A DNA stretch of 33,205 bases, from positions 1 through 33,205 of IMG/VR virus record IMGVR_UViG_3300025771_000096; one strand, 5' to 3'. This stretch comes from a virus (Duplodnaviria > Caudoviricetes). The notes beneath the pieces were generated by a model. It was not told where the DNA came from, did not search any database, and saw only the letters and a program-made list of their open reading frames with translations. The translations under genes were made by a program, and so were the position numbers. Positions 26,135 through 32,438 of the stretch are shown here, one piece after another. The first letter of the stretch is position 1; each line of letters opens with the position of its first letter.

Positions 26135-26790
26135 GCGGGTCGAGGTCTGCTTCGCCCGCCGCTCTTTCTCTCCCTGCTTCCCTCCCTGATCGTGCTGCGC
26201 CCCCTGCGCCGCTCGTGACCCGGTGGGCCCGCAGCCCTGGCGCCTTGCGCCGGGCGCGCCCCTGGTCGCTTGCCGCCTTGCCATGGCTGACACCGTGACG
26301 GTCGAGGACGGCCCCCGCTGCGATAGCGCGGGCCGGACACGCTGGGCGCTGAGCGCCCCGCTCTCTGACAACCAAGTGCCCGCCAGCCCCTCCGCGCGAG
26401 TCCGTGACGCTGGCCCCTCGAAGGAACCCTCGGCCAGTGGCTTGGGGAAGTGGCGGCCCGAAGGAACGACCAAGAGCCCAGGCCGGAACGAGTAGCGACC
26501 GATACCTGACGGCGAGCGCCGCCCACTACGGGCAGGCTGGCACGGCCAGCCGCGCTGCAGCCGCGAGCCTGGGACACCGGGAACCGCCCCGGCAGCCCGC
26601 GAGACTGAGCGTGACAGGCTCAGGCAAGCGAGCAGCGGATCCGATGCTGCCTGCCTTCACAGCAGGCAAGCGAGCACGGCAGGTCGAGCAGGTTCACCCC
26701 TGGCTCGGCCTGCTGGCTCACCTCACCCAACCCATCATCCACCCCCTGAGCCTGACACACCGATTCTGCCCAGGGGGCAGTCTGTCCCGA
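26135..26790 (+). ncRNA. Candidate long structured non-coding RNA or 5' leader of the early operon
   Basis: No convincing ORF. Successive hairpins (e.g. 26135-26159 and 26679-26713) have G-U pairs favouring the + strand, and internal direct repeats are present. No known family recognised. Confidence 0.3.
26621..26676 (+). repeat. 14-bp direct repeat CAGGCAAGCGAGCA x2
   Basis: Exact copies at 26621-26634 and 26663-26676. Confidence 0.8.
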
Positions 26791-26817
26791 CCTAACCACA
26801 AGCCTAGGAGCACTCCC

Positions 26818-27243
26818 ATGTCCGACCCCCGCGAAGACCTCTTCGAGGCCTACCACTCCGCCGTCAACTCAGTGGGCGCCGCCGCTGTCCCCCTCTACCT
26901 GCTGGCGCTCGCAGACTGCGAGGACGCCGTGCTCGAAAGGCTGGAGGCCTGGGACTACACGCGGCTGAAGCTTGCCTCAGCGGGCCTGGAGGACGATCTC
27001 CTCCACGAGGTCCTCTGCGAGGTCGTGGACGAGTCCCCCTGGACCTCCGAGGCCCACCGGGCCCAGGCCGTCTACGACGGCGCCGACCGCCTCGGCAACG
27101 CGGCGAGGCACCTGCAGGAGGATGAGGACGATCCCCGCGAGCGCGCCCGCGCGATCCTGATCGGGGTCTTGGCCCCGCAGCTGGCAGACATTGCCGAGTC
27201 CCTCCGGCACGCCAGCGTCCGCTGGTCGATGGAGCACCGCTGA
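26818..27243 (+). CDS. Acidic first early protein, possibly Ocr (T7 gp0.3)-like DNA mimic
   Basis: ATG 26818 with AGGAG SD, 141 aa. About 29 D+E versus 13 K+R by hand count. DDLLHEVLCEVVD resembles Ocr DDLHDAIHMAAD. Confidence 0.6.
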   Translation: MSDPREDLFEAYHSAVNSVGAAAVPLYLLALADCEDAVLERLEAWDYTRLKLASAGLEDDLLHEVLCEVVDESPWTSEAHRAQAVYDGADRLGNAARHLQEDEDDPRERARAILIGVLAPQLADIAESLRHASVRWSMEHR

Positions 27244-27286
27244 TTCCCACATTTCCCCGTTCGATCCCACCCAGTACCACGCTCAG
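27244..27286 (+). promoter_or_regulatory. Putative early promoter, copy 2 (leaderless transcript)
   Basis: TTCC-CACATTTCCCCG-TTCGATC-N13-CGCTCAG. TTCG at 27260 is 33 nt before ATG 27293. Confidence 0.6.
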
Positions 27287-27292
27287 CCCGTC

Positions 27293-27475
27293 ATGACCGA
27301 GAACCCTGACAACCAGTACCCCCTCGAAGGCCCCTGGACCTTCTCTAACGGCCGCACCGTCTACTACGACCGCGTCGAGGGCCGCTACTACGACCGCTCC
27401 GTCGATCTGTACCTGACCGATGAGGAGGCCTACCTCCTGCACTTCGGCCGCCCCGCCCGCACCTTCCACGCCTGA
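27293..27475 (+). CDS. Small conserved phage protein (LEGPW.F.NG..VYYD..EG.YYD)
   Basis: 60 aa, Tyr-rich motif familiar from aquatic phage early regions, C-ending codon bias. Confidence 0.75.
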   Translation: MTENPDNQYPLEGPWTFSNGRTVYYDRVEGRYYDRSVDLYLTDEEAYLLHFGRPARTFHA

Positions 27476-27486
27476 CCCCTGATCCC

Positions 27487-27795
27487 ATGACCCTTACCCA
27501 GACCGCCCGACCCATGCGCGCCCTGCGCGTCCGCCGCCTCCCCGCGACCACCTATGTGGGCCATCGAGTTCGCATCTACGACGACCTGGGGATCATCGAG
27601 CGCCCGTTCACGGTTCCGTTCGACCATGACTTCAACACCTGCCTGGAGGTTGCCGCCGCCAAGCTGCAGCGCCACGGCTGGCAGATCGAGGCCTACTGCG
27701 TTGGCGGCTGGTCGCCCACTGGCACCGGGGACGACCTGCTGCTGGTTTCCGACTTCCACCGCGACCGCTGGACCAACGCCCTGCCCAACGCCTAG
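27487..27795 (+). CDS. Hypothetical early protein
   Basis: 102 aa, high GC3, tight spacing. LPATTYVGHRVRI resembles the recurring phage 'pT..G.Ri' small-protein motif. Confidence 0.7.
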   Translation: MTLTQTARPMRALRVRRLPATTYVGHRVRIYDDLGIIERPFTVPFDHDFNTCLEVAAAKLQRHGWQIEAYCVGGWSPTGTGDDLLLVSDFHRDRWTNALPNA

Positions 27796-27815
27796 CCCCT
27801 GACCCACCTAGAACC

Positions 27816-28097
27816 ATGCCCACCGAGATCTACTCCAACACCGTCCAGCGCCGCTACCGCCGCACCTACTACAGCGAGGCGCAGGTCCGCTTCCCCGATG
27901 TGCCCCCGGCCCCCTACCGGGAGGCCCTGAAGGCCTACGGGTTCCGCTGGCACCGCGCGGGGCAGTACTGGTACGCGCCCTCCAGCGTGGCCCGCGCGAC
28001 CGTCATCGACTGCCTGCACGGCGGCTGCACTGACCTCGACGACATCGCCCTGCATGTGGCCGAGTGCGAGGCCGAGGCCGCCTGCGGCATCATCTGA
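27816..28097 (+). CDS. Hypothetical early protein with F...P....R..LK..GFRW......W motif
   Basis: 93 aa. VRFPDVPPAPYREALKAYGFRWHRAGQYWYA is a motif often found in phage/plasmid leading-region and polyvalent-associated proteins. Confidence 0.75.
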   Translation: MPTEIYSNTVQRRYRRTYYSEAQVRFPDVPPAPYREALKAYGFRWHRAGQYWYAPSSVARATVIDCLHGGCTDLDDIALHVAECEAEAACGII

Positions 28098-28120
28098 TCC
28101 ACCCCTACCCCTGACCGACC

Positions 28121-28429
28121 ATGACTCCGCGACAGCACGAAAACGCATTCACCGTCAATCGACGCCTCATCCCCGGCTACTACGGGGAAAACGACCTGCC
28201 CCGCTACACCTACTGGGTGCAGCACAAGGGCTACCGCCCCCAAGAGGGGCCCTTTAAGACCCGCAAGGAGGCCCTGCGCGCGGGCTCGCACCAGCAGGTG
28301 ACTGCCCGCTACCTAGGGTGGACCCGCCGCAGTGTTGAGTCTCCCCCTCAGCTCATGCGCCGCATTGCGCGTGAGGACCGTGCCCGATTCATCGAGGCCG
28401 CAAACCGTGCCGTGGAGGAGGCCCGATGA
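28121..28429 (+). CDS. Hypothetical early protein
   Basis: 102 aa, contains GPFKTRKEAL, co-oriented and tightly spaced. Confidence 0.7.
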   Translation: MTPRQHENAFTVNRRLIPGYYGENDLPRYTYWVQHKGYRPQEGPFKTRKEALRAGSHQQVTARYLGWTRRSVESPPQLMRRIAREDRARFIEAANRAVEEAR

Positions 28430-28500
28430 GGCCCCTACTCCGCGCCCTGTTCCCCTGGGCGTTCCACCTGCTCCTGCTGTTCCTGCTGTGGGCAGCCTGA
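28426..28500 (+). CDS. 24-aa hydrophobic membrane peptide (MRPLLRALFPWAFHLLLLFLLWAA)
   Basis: ATGA overlap with the upstream stop and a GGAGGAGG SD. Too short for the ORF track. Confidence 0.6.
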   Translation: MRPLLRALFPWAFHLLLLFLLWAA

Positions 28501-28540
28501 GCGCTCCGTTATCCAGCTGGATAGCTAACCCTGACCGACT

Positions 28541-28583
28541 TTCCGCACTTTCTGCATTCGATCTACCAACCGAACCCTCTGAA
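28541..28583 (+). promoter_or_regulatory. Putative early promoter, copy 3 (leaderless transcript)
   Basis: TTCC-GCACTTTCTGCA-TTCGATC-N13-CTCTGAA. TTCG at 28557 is 33 nt before ATG 28590. Confidence 0.6.
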
Positions 28584-28589
28584 CCAACC

Positions 28590-29657
28590 ATGAGCCACAA
28601 CATCCAAGAGAACGACGCCGCCGCCTTCAACGCCCAGCCCGCGTGGCACGGCCTCGGACAGGTCCTCCCTGAGGGGGACCTCAACATCGAGCGGGTGCGC
28701 AGGCAGCTGCCCGGCTTCCTGTTCCCCATCGAGTCCCGCCCCCTGATCGTGGGGGACCGCACCCCGGTATTCACTGCCGACGGCGTCCTGGCCGACGGCG
28801 TGGTGCCCATGACTGGCGACGACGGCGCGCCCCGTATCGTCCCGGACAAGGTAGCCCAGGTCGCCGGGGACACGGGCGAGGTGCTCGCCGTGACTGGCGA
28901 CGGCTACGAAGTGTTCGATAACGGGCAGCTGCTCGACCTCGCCGCGCGCATCAGCGCCTTCGGGGACGGCACGACCCTGGAGTCCGCACTGACCCTGCGC
29001 GGACGGCGCACGGCCGTGGTGCTGGCCCACGCTGGGCAGTTCGTGCTGCCTGGGGACGATGTGAACGAGTCGTACTACCTCTTCACGACCACCCACGATG
29101 GCACGGCTGCTCTGCAGGTGCTGCCTACTAGCGTGCGCGTGGTCTGCTCCAACACGCTGGCGCTTGCCCAGGCAAGTAGCAAGAACACCCTGCGAGCGCG
29201 CCACACTAGCAACATGGCCGTGGCTATCGAGGCCGGGGTGGAGGCCATGCGCAACGGCGCAGCGTTCCACCGCCAGTTCGAGCAGCAGGCGCGAGCTATG
29301 GCATCCAAGCCTGCTAGCAAGGCCGATGTGCAGCGCTTCTTCCAGGCGGTGTACGAGGCCCAGTACGGGGCGCTGCAAGCTAACCCCAAGACGCGCGGCG
29401 AGAAGGCGCGCTACACCCGCGCGGTGGACATGGTCGCTAGCTGGACGCGCAACCTCGACGACCCGAAGCAGCGCATGCAAGGCAGCACCACCGTGTGGTC
29501 GCTGTTTAACAGCGTGACCCAGTACGCAGACCACGAGTCCAATGTGCGCCGCACTAACGGCGAGACGGCGACCTCTGCCCGCAACCACTCGCGCCTGTTC
29601 GGTCAGGCCGGGAAGCTGAAGGACGCTGCCCTGTCCCAGGCCCTGGCCCTGGTCTGA
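28590..29657 (+). CDS. DUF932-family phage/plasmid protein
   Basis: 355 aa from ATG 28590 (MSHNIQEN..PAWHGLG). Motifs Y...N, ESA..L.G.R, YYLFTTTHDGT, PTSVRVVCSNTL, RHT and TVWSLFNSVTQYADH are diagnostic of the family. Confidence 0.88.
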   Translation: MSHNIQENDAAAFNAQPAWHGLGQVLPEGDLNIERVRRQLPGFLFPIESRPLIVGDRTPVFTADGVLADGVVPMTGDDGAPRIVPDKVAQVAGDTGEVLAVTGDGYEVFDNGQLLDLAARISAFGDGTTLESALTLRGRRTAVVLAHAGQFVLPGDDVNESYYLFTTTHDGTAALQVLPTSVRVVCSNTLALAQASSKNTLRARHTSNMAVAIEAGVEAMRNGAAFHRQFEQQARAMASKPASKADVQRFFQAVYEAQYGALQANPKTRGEKARYTRAVDMVASWTRNLDDPKQRMQGSTTVWSLFNSVTQYADHESNVRRTNGETATSARNHSRLFGQAGKLKDAALSQALALV

Positions 29658-29668
29658 GCAGCAACACG

Positions 29669-29718
29669 GGGGCGGGGCTTCGGCCCTGCCCCGACACGCC
29701 CTGGTGATAGCCGCCAGG
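29669..29718 (+). terminator. Tandem stem-loops after the DUF932 gene
   Basis: GGGGCGGGGC-TTCG-GCCCTGCCCC (29669-29692, cUUCGg loop) and CCTGGTG-ATAGC-CGCCAGG (29700-29718), followed ~10 nt later by T6. Confidence 0.55.
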
Positions 29719-29719
29719 A

Positions 29720-29763
29720 TTCTGAAACTTTTTTCGTTCGGTCTTCGACCACTACCCGCTTAG
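29720..29763 (+). promoter_or_regulatory. Putative early promoter, copy 4 (leaderless transcript)
   Basis: TTCT-GAAACTTTTTTCG-TTCGGTC-N13-CGCTTAG. TTCG at 29737 is 33 nt before ATG 29770. Confidence 0.6.
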
Positions 29764-29769
29764 TTCCCC

Positions 29770-30063
29770 ATGACTACTACCAAAGCCAACAAGCGCCAGT
29801 CTCATACCCTCTTCACCCACCTCGTCGGCAGCCGCAAGAAGGGCGGCAGCATCACCGTCGAGTGGTCCGCGCCCGAGAGTAACGGCAACTACATCCCCGT
29901 GTCCCTTGTTGACACGGTCCACATCACCTCGCCTACGGGCAACCGTAGCACCTACGAGTTCGACCCTGGGGACACCCGCGTGACCATGCTCCTCGATGCC
30001 TGCGATGTGGCATGGACCAAGGGCCACGACTACGCGCTCGACCCGTTCGGATCAAAGGCCTGA
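29770..30063 (+). CDS. Hypothetical early protein
   Basis: 97 aa, phage-like codon usage. Its stop codon abuts the hammerhead ribozyme. Confidence 0.7.
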   Translation: MTTTKANKRQSHTLFTHLVGSRKKGGSITVEWSAPESNGNYIPVSLVDTVHITSPTGNRSTYEFDPGDTRVTMLLDACDVAWTKGHDYALDPFGSKA

Positions 30064-30116
30064 CCCGCTGACGAGTCCCGAGGCGTCGGGACGAAACGCC
30101 CTTCGGGGCGTCCGGG
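30064..30116 (+). ncRNA. Hammerhead ribozyme (type I)
   Basis: Stem I CCCG/CGGG (30064-67/30113-16). Core CUGACGA (30068-74). Stem II GUCCCGA-GGCG-UCGGGAC (30075-92). GAAA (30093-96). Stem III CGCCC-UUCG-GGGCG (30097-110). GUC cleavage triplet (30110-12). Confidence 0.92.
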
Positions 30117-30155
30117 ACGCACACCCGGCAGGCACGGTGCCTGCACTAGACAACC

Positions 30156-30446
30156 ATGAGCAACTACCCCAACCTTCCCCGCACCGCCTGGATCGTGTGC
30201 TTGGATGTTTACCACAAGGGCGAGGGCCTCGCGTACACCATGACGCGCCGGGTCTTTCTCGACCGAGAGCAGGCCCAGCAGTATTGCGAAGCCAAAGCAG
30301 CCGAGTCTGACTACAAGTGGTCTTGGGTTGCCAAAGAGTGGTGCTCCAGCTGGCAGCGCGACGGAAGCATGAAGACGCAGTACCGCATGTACATCAGCGA
30401 AGGTCGCCTGGAGCAGCCCGTTCCCCAGCAGGAGGAGGTGCACTGA
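30156..30446 (+). CDS. Hypothetical early protein
   Basis: 96 aa, first ORF after the ribozyme; no SD visible. Confidence 0.7.
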   Translation: MSNYPNLPRTAWIVCLDVYHKGEGLAYTMTRRVFLDREQAQQYCEAKAAESDYKWSWVAKEWCSSWQRDGSMKTQYRMYISEGRLEQPVPQQEEVH

Positions 30447-30447
30447 T

Positions 30448-30654
30448 ATGACTGACACTAAACGATACGCCCTGATCCAGGGCGACGCCGATCTGCGCGA
30501 TGTGCAGGACTACCTGCCCAGCAACTACACCGCCACGAGCACCGAGGACGGCATCCTGATTAGCGGGCACGACCGCTTCGGCTGGACCCTCGACGGCTAT
30601 GTGCTTCCGCGACTGGGCTCTGCTCTGATCGCGGGCAAGGAGGTGTTCAAGTGA
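30448..30654 (+). CDS. Small conserved phage protein (YLPSNY...G.D..GWTLDGYVLPRLGS)
   Basis: 68 aa with GGAGG upstream. The motif is recognisable from many phage early regions; function unknown. Confidence 0.8.
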   Translation: MTDTKRYALIQGDADLRDVQDYLPSNYTATSTEDGILISGHDRFGWTLDGYVLPRLGSALIAGKEVFK

Positions 30655-30896
30655 CCGGCTACTCAGAGGACGATGTGAACCAGACCTACTACCTGTTTAC
30701 GACGACAGACAAGGACCGTCTGCAGGACATTAGCCGCGTGCCGACGCGATTGTTCGAGGCTTTGGTAGTGCTGCGTGATGCGCTGGACGCGATGGCTTCG
30801 GGATATACCCCCGCGACTCAGGCCAACCTTGATGCTCTTGCAGACGCAATGCAGAACCTGCTCTTCCCTGGCATGAACGAGGAGGTGCAGGCATGA
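30651..30896 (+). CDS. Hypothetical protein
   Basis: 81 aa, GTGA overlap, AAGGAGG SD. Confidence 0.7.
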   Translation: MTGYSEDDVNQTYYLFTTTDKDRLQDISRVPTRLFEALVVLRDALDAMASGYTPATQANLDALADAMQNLLFPGMNEEVQA

Positions 30897-31252
30897 AACC
30901 AAACACGATGACAGCCGCCATCCCCGACCTGCTTAAGCAGGTAGATATTGAATGCAACACGCTCGTGTTTGCCTACGGCGACAACATGTGCTGGAAGGTG
31001 ATCGTCGCGCCACAGATCGACGACCGCCTGGAGTACGACACCTACGCATTCTCGGTCACCTGCTTGTACTCAGGCCCCGGAATGCCGTACCACGAGTCCA
31101 CGATCAAGTCCCGCCGCGATCTCCAGCACATGCTTGCAGAGCTTGTAGTCGAGGAGGGACTGCTACTGATTAGCGAGGTTCACGACATGCATGAGCCCAT
31201 GCCCGTGACCCTTATTCGAGAAGACCCCAAGACCGACCCCAAAGATGACTGA
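30893..31252 (+). CDS. Hypothetical protein
   Basis: 119 aa, ATGA overlap, GGAGG SD. Confidence 0.7.
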   Translation: MKPNTMTAAIPDLLKQVDIECNTLVFAYGDNMCWKVIVAPQIDDRLEYDTYAFSVTCLYSGPGMPYHESTIKSRRDLQHMLAELVVEEGLLLISEVHDMHEPMPVTLIREDPKTDPKDD

Positions 31253-31421
31253 CCTACACAAAGAGGACGCGCTGCAAGAGGCGATGCACCTCATCGCGCG
31301 CCTGCGCAACCACATCGAACTGCTGCAGAACGAGCACAACGCTCTCATCCAAGTCCTGCGCGACATCAGAAACACGAGCGCCCTCGGCAGGGCAAAGGAG
31401 GTTCGCGATGCCGAGGCATGA
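31245..31421 (+). CDS. 58-aa coiled-coil hypothetical protein
   Basis: MTDLHKEDALQEAMHLIARLRNHIELLQNEHNALIQVLRDIRN... fills the gap between neighbours. Not in the ORF track. Confidence 0.6.
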   Translation: MTDLHKEDALQEAMHLIARLRNHIELLQNEHNALIQVLRDIRNTSALGRAKEVRDAEA

Positions 31422-31623
31422 GCTAGACGCGTGGCGCGATCAGCAGGCGCGCGTCATCGAGAACCTGTGGATGGCCGTGCGCGGCGAGCATCAGGAACTC
31501 GTGGCTGAGCTTGCCGACCTGCGCAAGCAGAACAAACAACTGACGGATCAGCTGAACCGCTTGGCCGCAGCGGTCAAGCGTGCCGAGACTGTCGCAACCG
31601 TGTACCGCAACGGAGGACTGTGA
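31408..31623 (+). CDS. 71-aa coiled-coil hypothetical protein
   Basis: AAGGAGG SD; heptads ELVAELADLRKQNKQLTDQLNRL. Confidence 0.7.
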   Translation: MPRHELDAWRDQQARVIENLWMAVRGEHQELVAELADLRKQNKQLTDQLNRLAAAVKRAETVATVYRNGGL

Positions 31624-31937
31624 TGCCGACCTACCATCAAGAGGACGCGCAGGAGAGCAACCTGCCTAAGAAGGTGGCCTACCCTAACGGCCTGACCCTG
31701 AGCCGCATCTACTATGGTGCCCCGGACAGTGACTACTGGGAGGTGGCCGTGATCAAAGACCACCAGCTTCTGCCGCTGGTCGAGCTTATGCGTTTTGAAG
31801 AGGACGAGCCTGCCTACTGGGACACGGTCGCGATCATCCCTAAGACCGCGTACCCTAACCTGTGCGAACTAGTCTGCAAGGGCGACCTGACTGACATCCA
31901 GTCCTACCTGCGGACCTTTACCCCGGAGTACAAATGA
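31623..31937 (+). CDS. Hypothetical protein
   Basis: TGATG overlap and GGAGG SD. YPNGLTLSRI..G....WEVAVIK resembles a common small phage family (F.NG...Sv...G..E.Av). Confidence 0.7.
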   Translation: MPTYHQEDAQESNLPKKVAYPNGLTLSRIYYGAPDSDYWEVAVIKDHQLLPLVELMRFEEDEPAYWDTVAIIPKTAYPNLCELVCKGDLTDIQSYLRTFTPEYK

Positions 31938-32194
31938 GCAAGCAGAAGGAACGAGTGCTTACATGGCTGCGCGACGGCCGACCCCTGACCCGTCTTGTCG
32001 CCTGGGACACCCTCGGAGTGCTGGAGGCCCCGGCTCGTGTGCTGGAGCTACGGCGCGAAGGCTGGCCCATCAGCACAGAGATGGTCAAGGTGCGCAACCG
32101 ATACGGCGAGCCTGTGCGCATCGCGCAATGGAGGCTCGCCAAAGGCGCTACCCCGGAGAACGGCGTTGGACCTCTTCCAGTGCGAGCCGAGTGA
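31934..32194 (+). CDS. Winged helix-turn-helix DNA-binding protein (HTH_39-like)
   Basis: QKERVLTWLRDGRPLTRLVAWDTLGVLEAPARVLELRREGWPI matches the Q..RiL..L..G.iT..eA....G....aRi.ELR..G..I pattern. Confidence 0.8.
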   Translation: MSKQKERVLTWLRDGRPLTRLVAWDTLGVLEAPARVLELRREGWPISTEMVKVRNRYGEPVRIAQWRLAKGATPENGVGPLPVRAE

Positions 32195-32438
32195 CCCGGT
32201 AGTCATCGTGGAGCTCCCTGAGTCTGGGGACCTCCACATGTTCAGGGACACCGCCCACAATGTCATCGAGGCCTACATGCTGGCCGCCGACGACAGCCCT
32301 AGCTACATAAGCTGGTGCGTTGAGCGCAGCCGCGACTGTGACGACCCAAGAACAGCAGTAGAGTTTATGACTGAGGACCTCGCCATGTGGCTGGTCCTTG
32401 ACCCGAACTCCGACGCCGCTACAAGCTACCTGTTCTGA
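32166..32438 (+). CDS. Hypothetical acidic protein
   Basis: 3' part of ORF 31995-32438. Probable TTG start at 32166 with GGAG 7 nt upstream; start is uncertain. Confidence 0.5.
   Translation: MDLFQCEPSDPVVIVELPESGDLHMFRDTAHNVIEAYMLAADDSPSYISWCVERSRDCDDPRTAVEFMTEDLAMWLVLDPNSDAATSYLF

Noticed and set aside
26479-26496. CAGGCCGGAACGAGTAGC resembling SRP RNA helix 8
   Set aside because: The stem closing the GGAA loop does not pair (CC/CG) and no long SRP-like flanking helix is evident.
25825-26577. Overlapping 250-aa, 161-aa and other ORFs across the divergent region, and the 5' extension of ORF 26404-27243
   Set aside because: Low-complexity R/G/P/A translations typical of GC-rich non-coding DNA. 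The real gene appears to start at ATG 26818 with an SD.
27259-27279. GTTCGATCCCACCCAGTACCA resembling a tRNA 3' end or attP core
   Set aside because: No 5' T-stem strand or cloverleaf and no integrase in the window. TTCGATC is better explained as part of the repeated promoter-like motif.
28563-29588. 341-aa minus-strand ORF antisense to DUF932
   Set aside because: Shadow ORF of a high-GC3 gene; the plus-strand product has clear family motifs.
30046-30072. Possible fifth promoter copy (TTCGGATC...CCCGCTGA)
   Set aside because: Lacks the upstream TTCC/TT element, has an extra base in the TTCGnTC box and lies in coding sequence. The distal match is explained by the hammerhead stem I and core.
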